From assembly GCA_024223715.1 (NCBI GenBank), contig JAAEOA010000332.1, positions 5,407-69,406 of the forward strand: 64,000 bases of DNA, given 5' to 3'. This document shows, piece by piece, positions 39,301 to 47,763 of the stretch (positions are counted from its first letter, which is position 1; the number at the start of each line of letters is the position of its first letter). The notes under the pieces were generated by a model that did not search any database, had not been told where the DNA came from, and was given only the letters and a program-made list of their open reading frames with translations. Origin of the DNA: a bacterium. Its GTDB lineage: Bacteria > Krumholzibacteriota > Krumholzibacteriia > LZORAL124-64-63. The translations under genes and the position numbers were made by a program.

Positions 39301-39395
39301 TGGCCAATAGCCCGCTGCGGAAGACCCGTAGCGAAAGCATTCATGGCAAAGACAAGCGTGATTGCGAGGCAAACGAACATTGTGAATCTTTTCAT
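36375..39395 (-). CDS. 1006-aa secreted acidic surface protein with FlgD-Ig/T9SS type-A-like CTD
   Basis: Signal peptide (..AFA-T); beta-sandwich motifs (SEPGFDY, FKSDG..VDDI); Rossmann-like segment; CTD NYPNPFNPSTKI..IYNVRGELVKTL..WDGTND.G..VSSGVYFY..KMALVK. Confidence 0.88.
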   Translation of the reverse strand: MKRFTMFVCLAITLVFAMNAFATGLPQRAIGHDSVFHGGSTEVSKSGRDTIFVVGPWGSGAGANGQFEDINGNPDWNGWTHWDITQPTVNHFHLSDYNSPNGAGNQALYCGDETIPACSITDVDGGYESSWNDIMRFSYVVADANASCTITVSGIISHDSEPGFDYTYFKFITANGPVEAGSVDGIGTGVMFTYSHTYGTSDYVGDNADEVRFDINFKSDGSYDDGDCNYPSAGACSVDDIHTVCTNGGYDVTEDFSVDYGDWEFAYPLGTGDFSQIWQGLEEIDPCYTNYSPQVAFIDDGTQVPGVGPSYCQDWCYGPGGYIVNTTGGAAIVDDPAAYMYNAIESPVVEWPAGGGYIGSQLTFGIFRHEDLSPDSPGMFYTWSVRSGTSEAAALSASWADRNFVYYGGPDYVRAGDVVSDLLAPGLTHAQVQLTCYELGWNWGFIGDDGYPAPYFDNVRLTAYTAEGPGMSTRELDIANDNWPTIGQIDMGNLAANSVRFDAAQNNGSDELNVPGDSIVCDVASVRVGGSLTVNRLVYTMQRNPVFNSVRDGGWGASGSVDAVPAEANGNIIPGTFAYDLPDEGFLFPGDVLHYYFEATDEVGHANPQTSTLPANLDGYGDFDNPTAYNTGFQVHALPTVDAEGNHPSILFWNDFANRGGENEWYGALNNIGLVMGEHYDAYYTNAPSSGVGNGLGGRASNLLLEGYDTMLYTCGDLGVNTISNGDPAFDPSDDIGLVSDWLDFGAVNLFATGDELVSDMNGSGVDTGNLLNNYINVTPISDDVRPLIANQTTPLVIVETGASVFSAGLTWIAYGGCNGINTFDAVEVRPGAEQLARFADPGGVADYSYSAATLNQTAGGDNIITMPYDFMNIYTDIDNPVGGGIATRVQVLDDVLTFFGFDTGVLVPSDVPDAEKFVASNYPNPFNPSTKIQFNMPKAGHLSMKIYNVRGELVKTLIDESRAAGAGHIMWDGTNDQGSSVSSGVYFYEARTAGEVSINKMALVK

Positions 39396-39715
39396 GCTTT
39401 TCCCCCCATCGTCGACTTAAAGTCAACACATGGTTAGGCGAACGATTGCTGTGCCGCTATTGCGTGATTCATTTTGCGAGCGAGCACAGATAGTGGGCGA
39501 CAATAAGCTCCTGGGTACATGTCCTGCGCACAAGTGCGCACCTTAGCCAATTCAATTTTGAAGTTTTTGCAAACGAAAAATTGAGCCACACTAAGGGTGT
39601 CAAGCGAACTAAGAATTGTTCCAGATCATTCTGGATCAAATCGGAAATCTGAGTGGAAAACTCGGATCAACGCACCTCAAGGGATAGGAACAGATTGTCT
39701 GTGAGTCGCATTATT

Positions 39716-39744
39716 ACCTTATCTCAAAAGACAACCGCAGTCAA
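39716..39744 (-). promoter_or_regulatory. Sigma-70-type promoter of the 1006-aa gene
   Basis: TTGACT-N17-TAAGGT, downstream of the glyS terminator. Confidence 0.5.
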
Positions 39745-39775
39745 TACCCTAATTTTCAAATGGTGTCATTTCCTC

Positions 39776-39810
39776 AAAAACCGACCCATTTCAATGAAAC
39801 AGGCCGGTTT
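39776..39810 (-). terminator. Intrinsic terminator after glyS
   Basis: AAACCGGCCTGTTTC..GAAATGGGTCGGTTTTT hairpin. Confidence 0.75.
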
Positions 39811-39833
39811 GGAAGGGTTTCCTTGTGGGGCCG

Positions 39834-42029
39834 TCACCCCTCCGAGGGAGCTACAGCAGCAAAATCGGCATAACGGGCGAAGAGCCCATATATTTCCCGT
39901 AAGAAGCTATGACGAAGAATTCTAAGATCTTTTTCCTCAGCATTCACCCTTACTTCTTCGAAATAACGGTCAATGGCCGGGCCCATTCCCGACAGGAGTG
40001 AAAACACCCCATCATAATTATGGTTGACCTCTGCATCTCTGATGCCTTCAGCAGCTTTCACAGCTTGTTGACGAAGACTTTGTTCAACATCTTCAGGCAT
40101 GTCATCAAAATCCTCACCCAGAGCACCACTTCCACCGTTGCACCATCGCTGCAAGCAGGAATCCAGTTCCTCAACAGGCAACACATCACCTTTTAGAATA
40201 TTCCTGCACCTTTTAAAACCGGTGGCCAGTAATTGAAAATCTTCCCGATCCCGGAAATTGTTCAGGGACTTGACCCATTCCAATGCATCTGCCGGATCTC
40301 GCCACCGAACAGGAATAACGGCCCTTACCACATCAGGGTCCTGTCCTTGGCCCTCGGTGAAGTATCCAGTCAAACGGGTCACAACAAACTCATTGATTTG
40401 TTTTTGAGTCTCTGCAATATCCGCATCCTGACCATAAGCAGCCACCTGGCTGAGGGCTTTCTGCAACGCCTGCTCCAAATTAATATGAACGGAATTGGCC
40501 AAAAGAATCCTCAGAACAGCCAGAACATGCCTGCGCAGGGCATAAGGGTCCTTAGCTCCCGTTGGAACAAAACCCGCCAACCAGCAACCAGCAACATTGT
40601 CCAGGCGATCGGCAACTGATAATAATGAGCTGACTTTGTCATCGGGTAATGCCCCTGTGGCTGACCGAGGCAAGAAGTGTTGTTCAATAGCCCGGCACAC
40701 AGCAGTCGATTCACCTGCCAGCTCGGCATAACGGGCCCCAATAAATCCTTCTAGCTTAGTGAATTCCTTGCCGTCCTTGATCATCTCACTGACAAGATCG
40801 CTTTTGCAAATGACAGCAGCCCTCTCGAGAGCTGCTTTTTCTTCAGGACTTCCAGACCAACCATGATCCCACAGCCAGACACTTAAACCAGCCAGACGCT
40901 TTGTTTTGTCCAAAACTGAACCAAAATTCTCCATCCAGGTTACCGAACCGAGCATTTCCGTACGCTCATCTGGTGATTTTTTCTGATCGAAATTCCAGTA
41001 AAACAAGGCGTCATTGAGGCGGGCATGAAGGACTTTTTCGTTTCCAGCAACAACATTAGCCAAATAATTGTTGCCTCCGCACCTCACGGCAGCGAAGCAG
41101 GGTTTTAACCCTGTCGAGTCATTTTTCTCCACTGAAAAGTACTTTTGATGGCTTCTCATGGCAGTTGTCACCACTTCGGCCGGAAGATCAAGATACTCAT
41201 CCCCAAATGTCCCTAGGAATGGTGTAGGGTATTCGCAGAGGAAAACCACCTCAGTAAGCAGTTCCTGGTCATCGAGTAGTTTAGCTTCTGAGTCGTGCCC
41301 GGAAATGACCTCAAGCAAACCTTTACTGATGATCTCTCGCCGCTCTTTATGGTCTGCAATAACCCCGGCCTCTTTCAATTTTACAAAATATTCACCAGGA
41401 TTTTGCAAAGAGACTTCTTTGTCGGATGACAATGTGCGATGACCGCGCGTTTGACGGCCGGATTTTAAATAATCGACTTTCATATCAACAACCTCATCAC
41501 CCAGCAAAGCTACCAGCCATTGCAAAGGACGAGCGTAATCTAGATCATAACTCCCCCACTTCATGGTTTTCCGGAAAGGAATTCCCAGAATAATTGAGGG
41601 CATTAAATCCTGCAAAACCTCAGCCGCGGACTTACCGGGCTCAACCCTCTTGGCCAAAAGGAACTCGCCTCGTTTGTCCTGCCCTCGGCCACACTCTGTA
41701 ATATCGAGGCCTGCTTTTTTTGAAAACCCAATAGCAGCGGGAGTGGGATTGCCATCGGCATCAAAAGCAACGCTCACCGGTGGACCCTTAATTTCAACAT
41801 TTCTATCAGGCTGACGAACAGAAAGGCCTTCAACCAGCAAAGCCATACGGCGAGGAGTAGCTACAATACGCAAAGAGTCCCAACTGAGGTAATTACTCTC
41901 CAGAGCCTTTACTGTTGTTTTCTCAAAGTGCTCCATGGCCCCGGGAATAAACCGGGCGGGAATTTCTTCACTGCCAATTTCCAGGAGGAATGGTAATTTT
42001 TCACTGTTTTTTAAATTTTCCTGACTCAT
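39834..42029 (-). CDS. glyS: Glycine--tRNA ligase beta subunit
   Basis: [37 protein letters not shown] and [12 protein letters not shown]. Confidence 0.97.
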   Translation of the reverse strand: MSQENLKNSEKLPFLLEIGSEEIPARFIPGAMEHFEKTTVKALESNYLSWDSLRIVATPRRMALLVEGLSVRQPDRNVEIKGPPVSVAFDADGNPTPAAIGFSKKAGLDITECGRGQDKRGEFLLAKRVEPGKSAAEVLQDLMPSIILGIPFRKTMKWGSYDLDYARPLQWLVALLGDEVVDMKVDYLKSGRQTRGHRTLSSDKEVSLQNPGEYFVKLKEAGVIADHKERREIISKGLLEVISGHDSEAKLLDDQELLTEVVFLCEYPTPFLGTFGDEYLDLPAEVVTTAMRSHQKYFSVEKNDSTGLKPCFAAVRCGGNNYLANVVAGNEKVLHARLNDALFYWNFDQKKSPDERTEMLGSVTWMENFGSVLDKTKRLAGLSVWLWDHGWSGSPEEKAALERAAVICKSDLVSEMIKDGKEFTKLEGFIGARYAELAGESTAVCRAIEQHFLPRSATGALPDDKVSSLLSVADRLDNVAGCWLAGFVPTGAKDPYALRRHVLAVLRILLANSVHINLEQALQKALSQVAAYGQDADIAETQKQINEFVVTRLTGYFTEGQGQDPDVVRAVIPVRWRDPADALEWVKSLNNFRDREDFQLLATGFKRCRNILKGDVLPVEELDSCLQRWCNGGSGALGEDFDDMPEDVEQSLRQQAVKAAEGIRDAEVNHNYDGVFSLLSGMGPAIDRYFEEVRVNAEEKDLRILRHSFLREIYGLFARYADFAAVAPSEG

Positions 42030-42910
42030 TCGGCTAGCTTCTCCTTGAGCAGAGGGAATCCCAGATCTTCCCGGCTTTTGACATAAGATCGAGCCGCCAG
42101 GCGAGATAAGTTTCTCACCCTGGCAATATATCCAGTTCGTTCGGTTACCGAAATGGCTCCACGAGCTTCCAACAGATTAAATAAATGGCTGCATTTGATT
42201 ACAGCATCGTACCCAGGGTAGACCAAACCCATTTCCAAAAGGGTGCTGGCTTCTTTTTCCTTGTCCTCAAAATGACGGCGGTACATTTCCACATCTGCAT
42301 GGTCAAAGTTAAATCCGGAATACTCAATCTCATATTGACCCATAACCTCAGCCCAGGTCAGGCCTCCACCCCAAACAATATCCTTAACATGATCCACTTC
42401 CTGAATGAACATACAAAGCCTCAGCAAACCGTAAGTTAATTCAACAGATACAGGCTTGCAACGAACCCCTCCAACTTGTTGGAAATATGTAAATTGAGAT
42501 ACTTCCATACCATCCAGCCAAACTTCCCAGCCCAATCCAGCGGCCCCCAGAGTCGGGCTTTCCCAATCATCCTCTACAAATCGAATGTCGTGCTCTTCAG
42601 CTTTAATGCCAATACTGGCCAGACTTTGTAAATACAATTCCTGACTGTTTGTAGGATTGGGTTTGAGAATAACCTGATATTGAAAGAACTGATGAACCCG
42701 ATTGGGATTTTCCAAATACCGACCATCCTTGGGTCTTTTGCTGGGCTCCACATATGCCACTTTCCAAGGTTCAGGGCCGAGAGAACGCAAAAAAGTATTG
42801 GGATTGAAAGTACCAGCCCCCACTTCACTGTTATACGGTTGAGTAATTACACAACCATAATCACTCCAGAACTTCTGAAGGTTAGCAATCATTTGCTGGT
42901 ATTCCATCAT
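42026..42910 (-). CDS. glyQ: Glycine--tRNA ligase alpha subunit
   Basis: [36 protein letters not shown] and QFTYFQQ. Confidence 0.97.
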   Translation of the reverse strand: MMEYQQMIANLQKFWSDYGCVITQPYNSEVGAGTFNPNTFLRSLGPEPWKVAYVEPSKRPKDGRYLENPNRVHQFFQYQVILKPNPTNSQELYLQSLASIGIKAEEHDIRFVEDDWESPTLGAAGLGWEVWLDGMEVSQFTYFQQVGGVRCKPVSVELTYGLLRLCMFIQEVDHVKDIVWGGGLTWAEVMGQYEIEYSGFNFDHADVEMYRRHFEDKEKEASTLLEMGLVYPGYDAVIKCSHLFNLLEARGAISVTERTGYIARVRNLSRLAARSYVKSREDLGFPLLKEKLAE

Positions 42911-42911
42911 A

Positions 42912-43775
42912 TCAAGATTTCTCCTTGGACTTAATTGTCACAGTCGCACTTGGTGCAGGTCTGAGCAGTTCCAAAGCCGATGGCAGACGATACCCAGGCA
43001 AATGAAACCCCAAAAAACGATGCAAATGGCCTCCGATTTCCCGCCGCAGGGCTCGGGGCATTTCTTCAAAACCATCTTCCACAAAAGAACCGGTCTCATA
43101 ATTTCTGAATTCCTGAAGGGCTCCAGCACTCAGAGGACGACCTCCCCCAATTTTCACACCGCATTCTGAACAAATCAAACCGCCCTCAGTAACATCAAAC
43201 CACAGGGCCCCTGAGGGCCGTTGATTCGATTCAGCAGTGGTCTCATCCAAAAAAGCCACCTTCCCGCAGGAAGAACAGCAATTCACTTCCGGATCCAAAC
43301 CATGACGGTGCAGAAACTGCCATTCAAAAGCAAAAAACAACCGACCGGCACAAGCTTCGGGGAAAGACGATAACATCCGGATGAAAGCATCGCAAACCTC
43401 AAACAACTCTTCGCTGGCAGGTTCATTGTCCGTAGACTCAGCTGGTCGGCATCGATCAACTAATTCCAGGACAGCCAAAAGATAGGCAGACTGCTCCAGG
43501 CTGAGACCTGTCGTCATTGGATCCCACTGCACCGACCCCGAACGAAGATACTGCAATTCCCGGGTTGCATTGAGGGAAAATTCAACATTTAAAATCCGCC
43601 CCGGTTCCACCAGGGGCCTTAGTGTCGAGCGAGGGCGCCGGGCAGCCTTGGCCAGCAACCGTACAAAACCCTGATCCTTCGTCAAAACCGAAGTAATAAC
43701 ACTGGTTTCTCCACAAGGCCAGGATCGTAAAACAACCGCATCACAACTAACAGACGGTTGGTTAAGAATCCCCAT
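42912..43775 (-). CDS. recO: DNA repair protein RecO
   Basis: N-terminal OB fold (AVVLRS..GET), CxxC...CxxC zinc finger and position upstream of glyQ. Confidence 0.9.
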   Translation of the reverse strand: MGILNQPSVSCDAVVLRSWPCGETSVITSVLTKDQGFVRLLAKAARRPRSTLRPLVEPGRILNVEFSLNATRELQYLRSGSVQWDPMTTGLSLEQSAYLLAVLELVDRCRPAESTDNEPASEELFEVCDAFIRMLSSFPEACAGRLFFAFEWQFLHRHGLDPEVNCCSSCGKVAFLDETTAESNQRPSGALWFDVTEGGLICSECGVKIGGGRPLSAGALQEFRNYETGSFVEDGFEEMPRALRREIGGHLHRFLGFHLPGYRLPSALELLRPAPSATVTIKSKEKS

Positions 43776-43781
43776 GGTTAT

Positions 43782-45230
43782 TTACGTCCCCAACCCAAGC
43801 AACAGCACTGCCAACCCAAAATAAATGAGCAATCCGACAATATCATTGGCCGTGGTAATAAAAGGACCTGTGGCAACTGCCGGATCAACCCCGAGGCGAT
43901 GCATTAGAAGTGGAATTCCCGAACCTGCCATGGCAGCAAAAACAATAACGGCAAGCATTGAAAGACTTAAAACCAGGGAGACCTGCTGGTCACCATTCAA
44001 GGCAAAAGATACCACATAACTGAGTAGGGCGATGGAAATACCAGTGAGTAAGGCCGTACCTAATTCACGCAGCAAGTGTCGTCCAAGGTGGAAAAAGTCC
44101 AACTCACCAGTCGCCAGGCCACGAACAACAACACTGGAAGTCTGGATGCCAATGTTTCCGGCCATCGCCATAATCATTGGGATATAAAAAGCCAGAGCCA
44201 CCCGGGATTCCAAACTGGCTTCAAAATGATCAAGAACGGCTACAGCTCCGACTTGACCCATCAAAGCCCCAGCCAACCAAGGCAATCTAGACCGGGCAAC
44301 ACGAAAAGAAGACTGCTCGCCAAATTCATGAACACTCACCCCGGCCAGACGGGAAATATCTTCAGTCGCCTCATCTTCCATAACATCCAGTACATCATCA
44401 GCGGTAATTCTTCCCACCATTTTTAAACGATGGTCCACCACAGCAAGATTAATGAGATCGTGCATCCGGAAAAAGGCGGCAACTTCTTCCTGGTCAAGAT
44501 CCACATTCACATACAATGGATCAGGGTCCATAACGTCCTGAACCAGCGTCGACGGTGAGGCCAGCAAAAGATGAATAAGAGAAAGCACACCGGTTAATGT
44601 ACCTTTACCATCAACAACAAAAACATAGGTTGTTTCTTCGAGATGATCTTCGTCCATTTGACGAAGCTGATCAACGGCCTCCCCACAGGAAATGCCACCC
44701 TCAACCGCAAGGTACTCTTTGTCCATGAGACCACCCGCGGTCTCACTTTCATATTGCAGCAGTTCAGTGACTTCTTCCCGTTCCTCATCGTCCATGGCCT
44801 TCAGAATTTCCTGGGCCTGGTCCTCTTCCAGCCCGCCGAGAACATCGGTGGCTTCATCTGAAGGCATTTCCTCAATAATGTCGGCAATTGCATCAACATC
44901 CAACAAATCGAATAACGATCCCAAACTGCGGTTATCAATTTCACTGAGAACTTCTGCTAGCGGATCAGCAGGCAGGTTACTCAATACCCGAGCAGTGTCA
45001 GCCACACTCAGCGGGCGCAGAACTTCAGACAAATCGCCCGGTGCCAATTGAAGAGCCAATTTTGTGATTTCTTCATCTGCACCTTGGTCAAGAAGCTGGG
45101 TGAATTTTCTTTCCAGAGCATGATGCTCGGCTTCAAGATTTGAAGGATTCAACTTTTTTTCATGATGTATGGGTTCAGCTTCAAAAGCCTTCGAGTCGCC
45201 ACGATTGTTATTTTTATTTTCATTCACCAT
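43782..45230 (-). CDS. mgtE: Magnesium transporter MgtE
   Basis: Acidic N-domain, TAGGLM, CBS pair, RLPWL, GNIGIQ and DPAVATGPFITTAND; ATG 45230 after GGAGAGG. Confidence 0.95.
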   Translation of the reverse strand: MVNENKNNNRGDSKAFEAEPIHHEKKLNPSNLEAEHHALERKFTQLLDQGADEEITKLALQLAPGDLSEVLRPLSVADTARVLSNLPADPLAEVLSEIDNRSLGSLFDLLDVDAIADIIEEMPSDEATDVLGGLEEDQAQEILKAMDDEEREEVTELLQYESETAGGLMDKEYLAVEGGISCGEAVDQLRQMDEDHLEETTYVFVVDGKGTLTGVLSLIHLLLASPSTLVQDVMDPDPLYVNVDLDQEEVAAFFRMHDLINLAVVDHRLKMVGRITADDVLDVMEDEATEDISRLAGVSVHEFGEQSSFRVARSRLPWLAGALMGQVGAVAVLDHFEASLESRVALAFYIPMIMAMAGNIGIQTSSVVVRGLATGELDFFHLGRHLLRELGTALLTGISIALLSYVVSFALNGDQQVSLVLSLSMLAVIVFAAMAGSGIPLLMHRLGVDPAVATGPFITTANDIVGLLIYFGLAVLLLGLGT

Positions 45231-45891
45231 TATGGGAATCCTCTCCACCGGAAACGTTGATCGGCATCATATCATTTCCTGACAACTGACCCAAAATACT
45301 CGCCTGGTCAACAGTCATTATAGCCCCACCAGAGACAATCAACTTAATGGCATCTTCAACAAGAATATCAGTTTCTTTAACATCAGAACGGGGAACAAAC
45401 AAAAGATACCCACTTGTAGGGTTTGGCGTGGTTGGCAAAAACACACTGACCAAATTTTCATTGGATTCATCTCGAGTAACAAACCCCAGGCAGAACAACC
45501 CAATTCTTGGGTATTCAAAAAGAACCACTTTTTGGAAAGCGGTTCTGCGATCCTGAAGAAAGACCTCAGACAATTGTTTTGTCGCTGAAAAAAGACTTTT
45601 GACCACAGGGATGCGTGCAAAAAATCGGTCAACCAATCGGAAAAATGCCATTCCAATAAGATTCCGTGTAAACAATCCCACCACAGTGATCGCAACAAGA
45701 AAAACAAACAACCCCAATAACGTCAGAACGAATTCTGGATAGGTTTCCCCAAGCCCGGGAATTTTCCCAACAAAAGGCCGGACCCCAACACTTAGCACTT
45801 GGTAAATACGCCAGAGAATCCAACAGGTAATGGCCAAGGGAGTGATGGCTAATAAACCAGTCAGGAAATGGCGCCGTAGAAAATTCAGCAT
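45220..45891 (-). CDS. DUF502 family membrane protein
   Basis: RIPVVKSLF, VFLPTTPNPTSGYL and IVSGG. Confidence 0.92.
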   Translation of the reverse strand: MLNFLRRHFLTGLLAITPLAITCWILWRIYQVLSVGVRPFVGKIPGLGETYPEFVLTLLGLFVFLVAITVVGLFTRNLIGMAFFRLVDRFFARIPVVKSLFSATKQLSEVFLQDRRTAFQKVVLFEYPRIGLFCLGFVTRDESNENLVSVFLPTTPNPTSGYLLFVPRSDVKETDILVEDAIKLIVSGGAIMTVDQASILGQLSGNDMMPINVSGGEDSHNGE

Positions 45892-45913
45892 AACGGTCTC
45901 CGGAAAAGAAAAA

Positions 45914-47218
45914 TCATGCTTCCTCTTTTTTCTTAAAACCCGTCAGAGTATGATCCGAAACAAACAAAACTCTGGTGATTCGTTGTCCCGACACACCTTC
46001 AACAGTTACAGAGTACCCCGAAACCACAACCTGGTCCCCATCTGCGGGAACCTTACCAGCCGCTTCATAAACCAAACCGGCAAGGGTTTCACTGGTGTCG
46101 GCTCCTTCGGCGTCCTGTAAATCGACACCAACTATTTCTTCAAAATCATCTAACGACAATTTGGGATCCAGTCTCACACGTCGGTCATCGAGCCACTGAA
46201 CCAACTCCTCATCAGCATCAAACTCATCCTCAATTTCACCAACAATTTCCTCAATTACATCTTCAAGAGTGACCAGCCCCGCCGTGCCGCCATATTCATC
46301 AATAACCACGGCCATGTGAATGCGTTGATTGCGAAATTCGTCAAGAACTTCATCAATTTTTTTGCTTTCAGGAATGAAGTAGGCGTCCCTGACTAAATCT
46401 GAAAGTTTCATGTTTTGCGAATCAAAACCTCCATTCTTTACAAGCTTTAATAAATCCTTGCTGTAAAGAATTCCAATTACCTGATCAATGTTGCCCTTGA
46501 AAACAGGAATTCTGGAATGGCCGTTTTCATTAACCTGATCGACAATATCACTGACCTGAGCATCGGCATCCAGAGCCGCCATATCTATGCGCGGAACCAT
46601 AATTTCCCGAACTGCTGTATCGTGAAATTCAAAAATACTTTGAATCATCTCCCTCTCGTCACCATCGAGTGCCGACTCTTCGGTTTCCGAATTAATAAGT
46701 TCACGAATTTCGCCTTCGGAAAGATGCTGTTGCATATCTCCCACCCAAATCGTATCTCCCATTTTGTCCATGGCGGCAAGAAGCAAAGAAGCCCATGGAT
46801 CCAATAACCAGAACACCGGATAAAGTACTGTTCCGGCAACCTTGGAAAATGACACTGCCAGGGTGGTGGCTAACATTCGGGACAAGGCTCCGCCCAACGA
46901 CCAAGCCGTCAAAATTCCCAATACAAAAAACAGATAAAACAACCAGGAGCTGGCTTCAGGGAGAGCCACTTTTAAAAAGCTTCCCCAAGAGAAACCACCC
47001 AGGAGAGAAAGTGTTAAAAAAAATGTTCCCGTAGTGATTTGAAAACGTCGTGGATTTGCCAAAAAACCATTTAAAACCCGTCCAACGCTATCCTCTTCCA
47101 ACAACCCATTTCGATGCAAACCCGAGACCCGATAGAAAGCTGAAATAAGGCCCACAACAATCATTGCCAAAAACCAGAACACCACTGCAGGTATTAAATA
47201 CATTAAAAAATCAGTCAT
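45914..47218 (-). CDS. Hemolysin/CorC (TlyC, GldE-like) CNNM-CBS protein
   Basis: N-terminal TMs, VREIMVPRIDM, HSRIPV and HMAVVIDEYGGTAGLVTLEDVIEEIVGEIEDE. Confidence 0.93.
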   Translation of the reverse strand: MTDFLMYLIPAVVFWFLAMIVVGLISAFYRVSGLHRNGLLEEDSVGRVLNGFLANPRRFQITTGTFFLTLSLLGGFSWGSFLKVALPEASSWLFYLFFVLGILTAWSLGGALSRMLATTLAVSFSKVAGTVLYPVFWLLDPWASLLLAAMDKMGDTIWVGDMQQHLSEGEIRELINSETEESALDGDEREMIQSIFEFHDTAVREIMVPRIDMAALDADAQVSDIVDQVNENGHSRIPVFKGNIDQVIGILYSKDLLKLVKNGGFDSQNMKLSDLVRDAYFIPESKKIDEVLDEFRNQRIHMAVVIDEYGGTAGLVTLEDVIEEIVGEIEDEFDADEELVQWLDDRRVRLDPKLSLDDFEEIVGVDLQDAEGADTSETLAGLVYEAAGKVPADGDQVVVSGYSVTVEGVSGQRITRVLFVSDHTLTGFKKKEEA

Positions 47219-47763
47219 TAAATTCCGCCTTCATTCAACGGATGCTTGAGGTGACACGAACCAAGAATTTCTGTTTCTTCTTTTCGCATGGCCAGAGTTT
47301 GCTCAACTGTTTCATGGTCCCAGCCCAGGAGGTGCAAACAACCATGAACAACCAGCATTGGGAGTTCTGTTTCAGGCTTCCAACTTCGTTCGGCACACCT
47401 TTGAAAAATAAAGTTTGGAGCTAAAATTATTTCACCAATTTCAGAGTCATTCAACGCATCAGCAGATCCTGCAATTCCGTCCATCCACAAATCAACATAG
47501 GCATGATTTATTCCTTGAGGAAGATGAGAACCCTCCCCACTTTCCGACAGTAGATAAGAAAAAGAAAGAACGTCGGTAACAGTTTGCTTGCCTCTGAATT
47601 CTTCATTCAGACTCTTCATGTTGTCATCGTCAACCAGAACCAAATTAAAATTCCATTCCCCATTTCCCATGCCGGAGACAAGTTTTTGGTAGAGACCCAT
47701 CTGATCCGTTACAAGATCATCGGCAGGTGTTTGAGTACGGCGGTCTATTAGCCGGGGAATCAT
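47218..47763 (-). CDS. ybeY: rRNA maturation endoribonuclease YbeY
   Basis: LNEEFRGK..TDVLSF and HGCLHLLGWDH. Confidence 0.93.
   Translation of the reverse strand: MIPRLIDRRTQTPADDLVTDQMGLYQKLVSGMGNGEWNFNLVLVDDDNMKSLNEEFRGKQTVTDVLSFSYLLSESGEGSHLPQGINHAYVDLWMDGIAGSADALNDSEIGEIILAPNFIFQRCAERSWKPETELPMLVVHGCLHLLGWDHETVEQTLAMRKEETEILGSCHLKHPLNEGGI

Noticed and set aside
28645-39395. Genomic island or prophage interpretation of the surface locus
   Set aside because: No integrase, att-like repeats, tRNA or phage genes, and no obvious compositional break
36489-39437. Long plus-strand ORFs of 280, 422 and 255 aa
   Set aside because: Antisense to the strongly codon-biased 1006-aa gene; composition mirrors the sense codons
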